Made by a program: the position numbers and the translations under genes | Shown: positions 9,061 to 18,015 of the stretch, piece after piece | Layout: the number at the start of each line of letters is the position of its first letter | Position numbering within the stretch: position 1 is the first letter of the stretch | From: Firmicutes bacterium UBA5509 | GTDB lineage: Bacteria; Bacillota; Proteinivoracia; UBA4975 | NCBI GenBank assembly: GCA_002423965.1 | Contig: DIOR01000019.1 | Span: 41,103 to 105,102, forward strand | Length of the DNA: 64,000 bases | Direction: 5' to 3' | Notes under the pieces: generated by a model | Seen by the model: only the letters and a program-made list of their open reading frames with translations | Database searches by the model: none | Told to the model about the DNA's origin: nothing

Positions 9061-10068
9061 ATGAAAAAACAAATAGCTATATTTTTAGCCCTGACCATGG
9101 TTATTGCTATGCTCCCGATGGGGTTCGCTGCGGCAACAGAGGAGATTCCAGATGAGCCTGTTATAACAGAGCCTGAACCTGTGGTAGAACCAGATCCTGT
9201 GGTGGAGCCAGATCCTGTGGTGGAGCCAGATCCTGAGGTAGAACCAGATCCTGTGGTAGAGCCTGACCCTGAAGCGGATCCTGGACTCCTGCCCAGCTCC
9301 CCATTCTACTTTCTCAAACGCTTCGTAGAGAATATCCGGGTCTGGTTTACATTTAACGCCGAAAGGAAGACTGCTCTTCTTGGCGAATTAGTAAATACCC
9401 GTGCTCTCGAACTGGAAGCCCTGGAAGAGAAATTTTCCGAAACAGAACTAACCGAAGCTCAGCAGCAGATTCTCCAGAAGGCCAGTGAAGATTTGGAGAC
9501 AGCTGCAGAAGGTCTATTTAAAACCCTGCTAGGGGACGGCGAAAATCTTGAAGACATGGAGCTTACTGAGGAGGGTCTCACCCAGCTAGAAACAGCCTTG
9601 GTCAATCTAGGCTTAGCCTTGGACAACATAATCGAAGCCGAAGATCCTGAGGATCCCGAAGTTCCAGAAGACCCTGTGGATCCCCTAGATCCAGAAGATC
9701 CAGAGGACCCCGAGGATGATGACGATGATGAGTGTCCTGACAACTTAAGCAAATGGGAAAAGTATGAGTGGAGGATTCATCATCTAGAAGAAATCAGGGA
9801 TAGAAACCCTGAATCCTGTCACGATGGCTTAAACCGCGCCATCGAAAATGCCCGTCGGCAGCAGCGTCGCTGGGCGGAAAAGAATGGTTACCCTCTGCCA
9901 GAAGAAGATGAAGAAGACATTGCACCAATAGAAGATGTTGAAGATGCTGAAGTAGATGAAGAACTAGTTGAGAAAAAGAATAAGAAAAATGGCAAAGGCA
10001 ACAATGGCAACAAGAATAAAGACAAAAATAAGAACAAGAATAAAAACAAGCCAAACAAAGGCAATTAG
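9061..10068 (+). CDS. Secreted, highly acidic low-complexity protein with DUF5667-like domain
   Basis: Signal peptide MKKQIAIFLALTMVIAMLPMGFAA; LLPSSPFYFLKRFVENIRVWFTFN resembles DUF5667; EPDPVV and EDP repeats; K/N-rich tail; RBS AAGGAGG. Confidence 0.75.
   Translation: MKKQIAIFLALTMVIAMLPMGFAAATEEIPDEPVITEPEPVVEPDPVVEPDPVVEPDPEVEPDPVVEPDPEADPGLLPSSPFYFLKRFVENIRVWFTFNAERKTALLGELVNTRALELEALEEKFSETELTEAQQQILQKASEDLETAAEGLFKTLLGDGENLEDMELTEEGLTQLETALVNLGLALDNIIEAEDPEDPEVPEDPVDPLDPEDPEDPEDDDDDECPDNLSKWEKYEWRIHHLEEIRDRNPESCHDGLNRAIENARRQQRRWAEKNGYPLPEEDEEDIAPIEDVEDAEVDEELVEKKNKKNGKGNNGNKNKDKNKNKNKNKPNKGN
9169..9276 (+). repeat. Six 18-bp in-frame tandem repeats encoding EPDPVV-type units
   Basis: Consensus GA(A/G)CCAGATCCTGTGGT(A/G), period 18. 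Confidence 0.9.
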
Positions 10069-10122
10069 GTTTTCCGGTTCCTCCCTCCCTGTGGGTATTA
10101 TCCTCAGGGAGTTTTATTATAT

Positions 10123-10159
10123 GCAAAAAAACTGGCGCTTCGGGCGCCAGTTTTTTTGC
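10123..10159. terminator. Perfect inverted repeat / terminator upstream of ord
   Basis: GCAAAAAAACTGGCGC-ttcgg-GCGCCAGTTTTTTTGC. Confidence 0.85.
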
Positions 10160-10200
10160 GAAAGCTTAGTCCCTTGGAACACTTTACTCGATGGCTTCTA

Positions 10201-10216
10201 TGGTACGATTTTTGCA
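10201..10216 (+). promoter_or_regulatory. sigma-54 (-24/-12) promoter of the ornithine/arginine cluster
   Basis: TGGTAC-GATTT-TTGCA: GG-N10-GC spacing, one mismatch to TGGCAC-N5-TTGCA, directly before ord. Confidence 0.85.
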
Positions 10217-10240
10217 TTAGAATAAGGGGAAACCTAAAAT

Positions 10241-11296
10241 ATGAAAAAAGGCAAAGGAGTGTTGGTTGTGACTGTAAAGGTAATTCATTGGGGCCTTGGC
10301 GCCATGGGTGGCGGCATGGCAAAATTGCTGGACACCAAGACTGGAGTAGAGAGTATTGCTGCAATAGATGCAGACCCTAATAAAAAAGGCAAGACCTTGG
10401 CCCAGCTCCTGGATGTTAAAAGCCAGGCTATCATTAATGACGATGCTGCAGAGGTGTTAAAAACTGATGCCCATGTGGTTATCATTGCCACTGGCTCCTT
10501 TACCCGGGAAGTCTTTCCCCAAATTGAACAGGCAGTTAAGGCTAAGAAAAACGTCATCTGCATTGCTGAGGAGATGTCCTTCCCACGGCAGCAGGAGCCC
10601 GAACTGGGCGAAAAGATCCATAAGCTAGCCCTTGAGAACAATGTCACTGTCTTAGGCACTGGAATTAACCCCGGCTTCGTCCTAGACCTACTGATAGTGG
10701 CCATGACAGGGGTTTGCTACGACATTAAGGAAATCAAAGCTTCTCGTATCAATGACCTCTCTCCCTTTGGTCCCACTGTTATGAAGACCCAAGGAGTGGG
10801 AACTACTTTGGAAGCATTTAACGCCGGAGTTGAAGCCGGTACCATTGTGGGCCATGTGGGTTTCCCCGAATCTATGGCCATGATTTCTTCCGCCCTTGGC
10901 TGGGAATTGGATGAAATTCGCCAGACCAAAGAACCTATTATAGCCAAGAAATATAGAGAAACTCCCCATGTCAAGGTTGAGCCTGGCATGGTGGCCGGTT
11001 GTCGCCATATCGCCTATGGCATTAAAGACGGCAAGACTTTGATTACTTTGATTCATCCCCAGCAAGTTCGTCCGGAGAATGAGGGAGTGGAGACCGGCGA
11101 CTTTATCGAAATTATTGGTGAACCAGGCATCCACTTAGCTATTCAGCCGGAGATTCCTGGCGGCATTGGCACCATTGCCATTGCAGTTAACTCAATTCCC
11201 AATGTTATCAATGCCGAACCCGGCTTAGTTAACATGACTCAGCTCCCTGTTCCACCAGCACTGTTGGCAGACGTCCGTTCATTAATCAAAAAATAG
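10241..11296 (+). CDS. ord: 2,4-diaminopentanoate dehydrogenase
   Basis: WGLGAMG Rossmann motif, LGTGINPGFVLD, VGHVGFPES, GGIGTIA; alternative start GTG 10268 with GGAG RBS. Confidence 0.92.
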   Translation: MKKGKGVLVVTVKVIHWGLGAMGGGMAKLLDTKTGVESIAAIDADPNKKGKTLAQLLDVKSQAIINDDAAEVLKTDAHVVIIATGSFTREVFPQIEQAVKAKKNVICIAEEMSFPRQQEPELGEKIHKLALENNVTVLGTGINPGFVLDLLIVAMTGVCYDIKEIKASRINDLSPFGPTVMKTQGVGTTLEAFNAGVEAGTIVGHVGFPESMAMISSALGWELDEIRQTKEPIIAKKYRETPHVKVEPGMVAGCRHIAYGIKDGKTLITLIHPQQVRPENEGVETGDFIEIIGEPGIHLAIQPEIPGGIGTIAIAVNSIPNVINAEPGLVNMTQLPVPPALLADVRSLIKK

Positions 11297-11307
11297 GAGG
11301 GATTTAT

Positions 11308-11616
11308 GTGATTGACAAAGCGGTGCCAAAGGGCACTTGGGTTCAAATCCACCAACAAATTCTGTCTCCTGATCAACGAGCTCCTCAGGTACCCGCAGAT
11401 ACTGCCAAGGTTCCCCTGGTTATGGTTACCAAAGGATTTCTAGAAAAAGACGGCAGCAGGAATGAAAATGTTGCAGTAAAGACACTGTGTGGCCGCGTTG
11501 TTGAAGGTAAGTTAATCAATGTTCTACCTCGTTTCTCCCATGACTTTGGCAATGCTGTTCCCGAACTCTTGGCCATCGGGCCACGGGTCCGTGCTTTGCT
11601 AGAAGGAGGAGAGTAG
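11308..11616 (+). CDS. ortA: 2-amino-4-ketopentanoate thiolase alpha subunit
   Basis: WVQIHQQIL..DQRAPQVP.DT.KVPL.M..KGFL, T..GR..EG, HDFG. Confidence 0.92.
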   Translation: MIDKAVPKGTWVQIHQQILSPDQRAPQVPADTAKVPLVMVTKGFLEKDGSRNENVAVKTLCGRVVEGKLINVLPRFSHDFGNAVPELLAIGPRVRALLEGGE

Positions 11617-11618
11617 AA

Positions 11619-13022
11619 ATGAAAGATAATAGCTATCAGGCAGTAATGGCCCGCAGCAATGAGATAATGAAAAAAGCCATCGGCATGGATTACAGTCAAT
11701 TTGAACGTGGGCAGCTGGCCTTTGATTACCAAGCAATGATGACCGAAGCCGGATACAGTCTGGAAGAAGTCATCGCCGTCCAAAGGGAGACTGGAGTGGG
11801 AAACACCCCTCTTTATGAGCTGAAGAATATTACAAAGCTTGCCCGTATTAACGCTCCCAAGGGAAAAGGCGCCCGCATCTTCCTTAAGGACGAAGCTTCA
11901 AACCCCTCTGGCAGCTTTAAAGCCCGCCGGGCTGCCTTGGCGGTCTACCATGCAGCCAAGAACGGCTACAAAGGTGTCGTCGCCGCCACCAGCGGCAACT
12001 ATGGCGCTGCAGTGGCCTCCCAAGCTGCCATCCGCGGCCTCAAGAGCATAATTGTCCAGGAGGCCTTTGACAGCAAGGGAATCTACCAGCCCGAAATCGA
12101 AGAAAAGGGTCGGGCCTGCGAAGCCTATGGTTCCGAAGTGCTGCAACTCTCCGTTGGCCCCGAACTGTTTTACGTCTTCCTTCGGGTCCTTGAGGATACT
12201 GGATTCTTTAACGCATCTCTTTACACTCCCTACGCCATTGCCGGGGTAGAGACCCTGGGTTGGGAAATTGTCCAACAGCTTCAGGACCAATACTCTCTAA
12301 AACCCGACATGGTTGTAGTCACTAATGCCGGCGGTGGTAACCTTACCGGCACCGCCAGGGGCCTACGTAAAGCCGGTTCCGACGCATTGGTAGTGGGTGC
12401 CAGTGTTGACCTTAAGGGCCTCCACATGGCCAGCGACCAAGACTTTAACCGAAAATCATTTACCACCGGTCATACCGGTTTTGGCGTTCCCTTTACCACA
12501 TGGCCTGACAGGGCTGATGTTCCCAGAAACGCCGCCCGCCCCCTGCGCTATTTAGACAGATACGTCACCATTACCCAGGGTGAAGCTTTCTATGTCACCG
12601 AGCTGTTGGCTCAGCTTGAGGGTCTTGAGCGGGGTCCTGCCGGCAATGTCTCCTTAGCAGCTGCCGTGGCCCTGGCCCGGGAGTTGGATGAGGACCAGAT
12701 CCTGGTTGTCCAGGAAACGGAATACACTGGTGCAGGTAAACATGTCAACGCTCAACTAAGTTTTGCTCGCAAAAATGGCATTGAGATCTCCGTTGGCAAC
12801 CCAGCTGACAGTGTCCCCGGCCAGTCCATTATTTTGCCGGAACATCCCAGCCAGATTCAAGCAGTGGATATGGACATGGATGATTTACGCCGTTCCTACC
12901 TGAAACATGCCCTGGGGATTTTAAATGGCGCAAAACCACAGCCTGAAGATATCAGCTTCCTGGCAGAGGACTGTCGCGTCACCCCTGAATTTATCGAATC
13001 TTTTGCCCAAGGAGTGAAATAA
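11619..13022 (+). CDS. ortB: 2-amino-4-ketopentanoate thiolase beta subunit (PLP)
   Basis: KDEASNPSGSFKARRA, ATSGNYGAA, NAGGGNLTGTA, QETEYTGAGKH. Confidence 0.93.
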   Translation: MKDNSYQAVMARSNEIMKKAIGMDYSQFERGQLAFDYQAMMTEAGYSLEEVIAVQRETGVGNTPLYELKNITKLARINAPKGKGARIFLKDEASNPSGSFKARRAALAVYHAAKNGYKGVVAATSGNYGAAVASQAAIRGLKSIIVQEAFDSKGIYQPEIEEKGRACEAYGSEVLQLSVGPELFYVFLRVLEDTGFFNASLYTPYAIAGVETLGWEIVQQLQDQYSLKPDMVVVTNAGGGNLTGTARGLRKAGSDALVVGASVDLKGLHMASDQDFNRKSFTTGHTGFGVPFTTWPDRADVPRNAARPLRYLDRYVTITQGEAFYVTELLAQLEGLERGPAGNVSLAAAVALARELDEDQILVVQETEYTGAGKHVNAQLSFARKNGIEISVGNPADSVPGQSIILPEHPSQIQAVDMDMDDLRRSYLKHALGILNGAKPQPEDISFLAEDCRVTPEFIESFAQGVK

Positions 13023-13387
13023 TGGAAAGAAAAGATGACTTTAAAGACCGTCGCAAGCACCTGGACGGACTCAGCGATGAGCAGCTTAACAAACGCTTCT
13101 GGGACTTACTGGACCAGGTGGTAGACCCCTTGGCAGATTTGGCCATGACCCATACTTCACCGGCTATTGAACGCTCAGTCTTATTGAGAATGGGCTTTAG
13201 CAGCCTGGAGGCCAAGTCAATCGTGGAGAAATGCCAGCAGTTTGGCCTTCTGGGCAAAGGTGTCGGCAATGTCGTCCTCAAGGCTTCTGCTATTTCCGGG
13301 CGTCCCTATCGGGAAGCCGGTCTGGAATTGGCCCAAGGCAATCTTTGGTCCCAAGTCGAAGCAGAGTTGGCGGGAGGTGCAAAATAA
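13022..13387 (+). CDS. oraS: D-ornithine 4,5-aminomutase small subunit
   Basis: ERKDDF..RRKHL, RFW.L, THTSPAIERSVLLRMGFSSLEAK, GLLGKGVG. Confidence 0.93.
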   Translation: MERKDDFKDRRKHLDGLSDEQLNKRFWDLLDQVVDPLADLAMTHTSPAIERSVLLRMGFSSLEAKSIVEKCQQFGLLGKGVGNVVLKASAISGRPYREAGLELAQGNLWSQVEAELAGGAK

Positions 13388-15573
13388 TGGACGTAAATAA
13401 AAAGCTCAATATACCCGAACTGCTAAAGGATTTGGAAAGCTATCGCCCCCGCCGCAAAGGCTGGACCTGGAGGAAGTCCCTGCCCCGGGATACCCAGTTA
13501 GGGCCCTTTAAGTTCAAGCAAATTTCCAAGTCCCTAAAAAATTATGTGCCTCTGCCGGCGGCCAAGTATTTTGGCAATATCGACCCCCAACCGGAATGCA
13601 TTATCACCACCGAAATCGCCTCCGGGCGTTTTGAAGACGATATCCGCCGGATGCGCATGGCCGCCTGGCATGGCGCAGACCACATTATGGTCATTCGCAC
13701 CGCCGGTCAAAGCCATTATGACGGCTTGATTGAAGGTTCCCCAGAGGGAATCGGTGGCGTGCCCATCACCCGTAAACAGCTACGTGCCTCGCGCAAGGCC
13801 CTAGACATAATTGAAGACGAAGTTGGCCGTCCAATTAACTTCCACTCATACGTCAGCGGCGTTGCCGGCCCCGACATTGCCGTGCTCTTCGCTGAAGAAG
13901 GAGTGAACGGTGCTCATCAGGACCCCCAATACAACGTCCTTTATCGCAATGTCAACATGATCCGTTCCTTTGTGGATGCCGCAGAAGCCAAGAAACTGAT
14001 GGCCAGCGTCGACATGCTGCAAATTGACGGTGCCCATAATGCCAACGCCACTGCCCGGGAAGCATGGCTAGTAATGCCGGAACTCTTGGTTCAGCACGGC
14101 ATTAACTGTGCCTTCTCCCTAAAGGCCGGCATGAAAAAGGAATATATCAGCCTGTCTACCGTTCCCCCAACTGCTACGCCTGCGCCGGAGTTGTACTTGG
14201 ACCTCCCCTATGCCGTCGCTTTACGGGAACTGTTCCAGGGTTACAAGATGCGGGCCCAGATGAACTCTAAGTACATGGAGGCAGATCCTCGGGAAGCCAC
14301 CGTCAACCATACAATGAACCTGTTGATCTCCCGGTTGACCAGTGTGGATATCCAGAGCACCATTACCCCCGACGAAGGCCGCAACGTACCTTGGCACTAT
14401 AACAATATTGCTGCCACCAACACTGCCAAGCAGATGCTTATTGGCCTAGATGGCATCAAGGACTTAGTTGAAATTAAAAAAGACGGTCCCCTTCGGGACA
14501 AAGTCCGGGAGCTAAAGGAACGGGCAATCCTCTTCCTTGAAGAGATGGTAGAAGTCGGCGGCTATTTCAAGGCTGTAGAAGCAGGCTTTTTTGTAGACTC
14601 AGCTCAATACCCTGCTCGCAACTACGACGGCATCGTCCGTCATGCCGACGGAGGCATTGGTCCGGATTCAGTCTTCCTCCGGGATAAGGATTATTTCGCC
14701 CCTGTATGTCAGCACTACGGCAATAACAACCTGCCAGTAGGCACCAAAAAGGCCTGCGACCTCATCCAAGGCTGCACCCTCTGTCATCCAGAAAAAATCA
14801 TCTATATTGATGAACTGGATGAAGAGGACAATGCCGCTAAGCGCTTAGAGGTAATGGCAGACCATCGAGAAAAGGGCCTACTTCGCCCAGAAGTAGAATG
14901 GTATGCTGATGGTGTAATTAGCATGCAGCTCTTCTATCCCACCAGCGCCCGGGTGGCAGAATACGCCGCTTTGGCCATGGCGGAGAAGATGGGAATCACC
15001 GAGGCAGAGATTATTAACCGCCTACCCATGCATCCTTCTGAGGGAACCTTCCTGGAACTAAAGGGCAAAGTCGCCATTGACATTGATCCAGCCAAATTAG
15101 ACATTCCCGAAGAAGTACCCCTTCTCACCGAGGAAGAAATCCGCGCCGACATCAAGGCAAAGCCCATGACCATTGTTGGGGCAACTGTTGGCCAGGACGA
15201 ACACTCAGTGGGGATGAGAGAAATCATAGACATCAAGCACGGTGGCATCGAAGGCTTTGGCATTACCTGTCACTACCTAGGCACCTCTGTTTCTTTAGAA
15301 AAGGTAGTAGACGCCGCCATCGAAACCGCTGCTGACGCCATTCTCATCAGCACCATCATCACCCATGCTGATATTCACCGCATCAACATGCGCAAACTCC
15401 ACGACCTATGCAAGGAAAAGGGCATTCGGGACAAGATCATCTTGATTTCCGGAGGCACCCAGGTTACCAATGACATCGCCGTGGAAGAAGGCATGGATGC
15501 CGGCTTTGGCCGGGGAACTCACGGCCACGCCGTAGCCAGCTTCCTGGTGGATAAACGCCGCACCCTGAAATAA
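13387..15573 (+). CDS. oraE: D-ornithine 4,5-aminomutase large subunit (AdoCbl/PLP)
   Basis: EIASGRFEDDIRRMRMAAWHGADHIMVIRT, DEH cobalamin motif and IDIKHGGIE PLP lysine; start moved to ATG 13387 overlapping oraS stop. Confidence 0.95.
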   Translation: MDVNKKLNIPELLKDLESYRPRRKGWTWRKSLPRDTQLGPFKFKQISKSLKNYVPLPAAKYFGNIDPQPECIITTEIASGRFEDDIRRMRMAAWHGADHIMVIRTAGQSHYDGLIEGSPEGIGGVPITRKQLRASRKALDIIEDEVGRPINFHSYVSGVAGPDIAVLFAEEGVNGAHQDPQYNVLYRNVNMIRSFVDAAEAKKLMASVDMLQIDGAHNANATAREAWLVMPELLVQHGINCAFSLKAGMKKEYISLSTVPPTATPAPELYLDLPYAVALRELFQGYKMRAQMNSKYMEADPREATVNHTMNLLISRLTSVDIQSTITPDEGRNVPWHYNNIAATNTAKQMLIGLDGIKDLVEIKKDGPLRDKVRELKERAILFLEEMVEVGGYFKAVEAGFFVDSAQYPARNYDGIVRHADGGIGPDSVFLRDKDYFAPVCQHYGNNNLPVGTKKACDLIQGCTLCHPEKIIYIDELDEEDNAAKRLEVMADHREKGLLRPEVEWYADGVISMQLFYPTSARVAEYAALAMAEKMGITEAEIINRLPMHPSEGTFLELKGKVAIDIDPAKLDIPEEVPLLTEEEIRADIKAKPMTIVGATVGQDEHSVGMREIIDIKHGGIEGFGITCHYLGTSVSLEKVVDAAIETAADAILISTIITHADIHRINMRKLHDLCKEKGIRDKIILISGGTQVTNDIAVEEGMDAGFGRGTHGHAVASFLVDKRRTLK

Positions 15574-15584
15574 GAAGGTGTAGT

Positions 15585-16961
15585 ATGAAACTGGAGATAA
15601 TTGTGGCGGAAATAGGAAGCACAACTACGGTGGTCAGTGGCTTTTCCGATTTGGGCACCGCCCCGGTCCTGGTGGGCCAGGGACAGGGTCCTACCACAGT
15701 TGAAGCCGGAGATGTTCGCCGGGGGCTAACACTGGCCCTGGCGGACCTCCGGGCCAATTTAGGATGTGACCAATTGGAATGGCAGCATATTTACGCCTGT
15801 AGTAGTGCTGCCGGCGGCCTGAAGATGACCGTCCACGGTCTGGTCTACGACATGACCGCCCGGGCTGCCCGGGAAGCAGCTTTAGGTGCCGGGGCCGTCC
15901 TCCATCAAGTTACCGCTGGAGAGATTTCCCCCACCGATCTTGAAAAGACCCGCCAGATTTCCCCTAATATCATTTTGCTAGCTGGGGGAGTAGATTATGG
16001 CGAGCGCAAAATTATTCTGGACAACTCCCGTAAGCTAGCCACACTGGACCTGCCCATTCCCCTGATCTACGCCGGCAATGTGGCAATTCAGGAGGAAATA
16101 GCTGAAATCTTCACTGGCACCCGCTTTCTTCTGGAAATTGTGGAAAATGTCTATCCACACATTGATGAACTAAATATCGAGCCTACCCGAAAGGCAATTC
16201 AAAAGGCATTTGAGGAACATATTATCCACGCCCCGGGAATGGGTCAGATTCGGGAATTGGTAGATGGCCCCATTCAGCCGGTGCCTGGAGCTGTCCTCAA
16301 CGCCGCTATTACTCTCTATGGCAGGTTGGGGGATTTGCTGGTCTTTGATGTAGGAGGGGCCACCACGGATTTACATTCCGTTACCCCGGGTTCAGACGAA
16401 GTTAATGCTATCCTCATCAGCCCTGAGCCGCTAGCTAAGCGGACAGTGGAGGGAGATTTGGGAGTCTACATCAACGCTGCCAACCTTATGGGTTTGGCCG
16501 GCAGGGAAGATCTCGCTGCCACCCTGGGTAGGATAGACCTTGATGAGTTAATTGTCCCCATTCCAAAAACCGCTGCAGAAATCGCCTTTGCCGAAGCACT
16601 AGCGGCTAAAGCTGTCAGCACCGCCCTAGAGCGCCATGCCGGATCCATTCGCTATATGTATGGACCCGGGGGCAGGCTGAAAATTGCCCGGGGCAAAGAC
16701 CTTACTCAGGTGAAATATGTCATCGGCACAGGTGGTGCCCTTACACGGCTTCCCAAGGGCAAAGAACTTTTGGCGGTGGGCTTATTATCTCGGAATCCTG
16801 ACTTTCTCGGGCCATCCCGGGAGGTCAAGGTCCTCATTGACCGCCACTATATAATGGCAGCCGCTGGCGTATTGGCCAGCAGTCACCCCCAGGCCGCCAT
16901 TACCTTGATGTTAAAATCTTTGGACTTGGAGGGGTTTGATGTATCCCAAACTAATAATTGA
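15585..16961 (+). CDS. GlmL/MutL-like reactivating factor for ornithine aminomutase
   Basis: VAEIGSTTT, CSSAAGGLKM, LLAGGVDYG, DVGGATTD, KRTVEGDLG; conserved position between oraE and orr. Confidence 0.85.
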   Translation: MKLEIIVAEIGSTTTVVSGFSDLGTAPVLVGQGQGPTTVEAGDVRRGLTLALADLRANLGCDQLEWQHIYACSSAAGGLKMTVHGLVYDMTARAAREAALGAGAVLHQVTAGEISPTDLEKTRQISPNIILLAGGVDYGERKIILDNSRKLATLDLPIPLIYAGNVAIQEEIAEIFTGTRFLLEIVENVYPHIDELNIEPTRKAIQKAFEEHIIHAPGMGQIRELVDGPIQPVPGAVLNAAITLYGRLGDLLVFDVGGATTDLHSVTPGSDEVNAILISPEPLAKRTVEGDLGVYINAANLMGLAGREDLAATLGRIDLDELIVPIPKTAAEIAFAEALAAKAVSTALERHAGSIRYMYGPGGRLKIARGKDLTQVKYVIGTGGALTRLPKGKELLAVGLLSRNPDFLGPSREVKVLIDRHYIMAAAGVLASSHPQAAITLMLKSLDLEGFDVSQTNN

Positions 16962-18000
16962 CCTAAAGAAGCTCCAGGAAAACTCTCAGCTTCTGGCCAA
17001 TCTTTGCTTAGCAGAGAACATCCAGCCTGTCGCAGTAACAAAGGTCACCTGCGGTGACCCCAAGGTGGCTCAGGCCATGCTGGCTGGAGGCATCTCCATG
17101 CTGGCGGAGTCCCGGGTGGAGAATGCCCGTCGCCTACAGGCCGCAGGCATTGATGCTCCCCTTCTTTTGCTGCGATTACCCATGCTCAGCCAAGTTGAGG
17201 CAGTGGTGGAGCTTTTCCAATGCAGTCTCAACTCTGAGCTAAGTACAATCCGGGCCCTTAATGCTGCTGCCGCCAAAGTAGATGCTGTCCACGATATCAT
17301 CCTTATGGTGGATTTAGGTGACCTACGGGAAGGGATAATGCCTCATGAGTTGGAGGACATGGTTCTTGCCATTGCCGGACTAAAGAACATTCGCTTACTG
17401 GGCCTTGGCACTAACCTTACCTGCTACGGTGGTGTAATCCCCACCTTAGAAAACCTTGGTCAGCTACTGGAATATAACCGCCAAGCTGAGAAACTCTATT
17501 CCCAGCCCCTACCGGTGATTTCCGGGGGAAATTCCAGTAGCCTCCCCTTGCTTTTACAGGGACAGCTACCCCCAGTCACCCAGCTGCGCCTAGGTGAGAG
17601 CATAGTACTTGGTCGCGAAACCGTTGATCGCCAGCCTATTCCCGGCGCGCATCTGGATTGCTTTCAAATCCAGGCCGAGATTATTGAAATTAGGGAAAAG
17701 CCCTCAGTGCCCATCGGCAAAATCGGCCAGGACGCCTTTGGAGGCAGTCCTGTCTTTGAGGACCGGGGGACCCATTTACGGGCAATCCTAGCCCTTGGCC
17801 GTCAAGACGTTGTCGTCGATGGTCTCGAGACCCCTCAGGGAATAGATATACTGGGGGCCAGCAGCGACCACTTGCTGCTGGACGTGACAAACTATCCTAA
17901 ACCCTTGGCGGTGGGGGATATCCTGACCTTTACCCCTGGTTATGGCTCCCTCTTGGCTGCCATGACTTCCGCTTTTGTTAACAAAGAATACCGCCAGTAA
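16939..18000 (+). CDS. orr: Ornithine racemase (alanine racemase fold)
   Basis: VTKV PLP lysine, MVDLGDLREG, TNLTCYG, SGGNSSS, LRLGES, GASSDH. Confidence 0.9.
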   Translation: MYPKLIIDLKKLQENSQLLANLCLAENIQPVAVTKVTCGDPKVAQAMLAGGISMLAESRVENARRLQAAGIDAPLLLLRLPMLSQVEAVVELFQCSLNSELSTIRALNAAAAKVDAVHDIILMVDLGDLREGIMPHELEDMVLAIAGLKNIRLLGLGTNLTCYGGVIPTLENLGQLLEYNRQAEKLYSQPLPVISGGNSSSLPLLLQGQLPPVTQLRLGESIVLGRETVDRQPIPGAHLDCFQIQAEIIEIREKPSVPIGKIGQDAFGGSPVFEDRGTHLRAILALGRQDVVVDGLETPQGIDILGASSDHLLLDVTNYPKPLAVGDILTFTPGYGSLLAAMTSAFVNKEYRQ

Positions 18001-18015
18001 TCGGAGGCGATTGTT

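Noticed and set aside
9459-9752. Antisense Ser/Gly-rich ORF
   Set aside because: Shadow of the Asp/Glu/Pro repeat codons of the + strand gene
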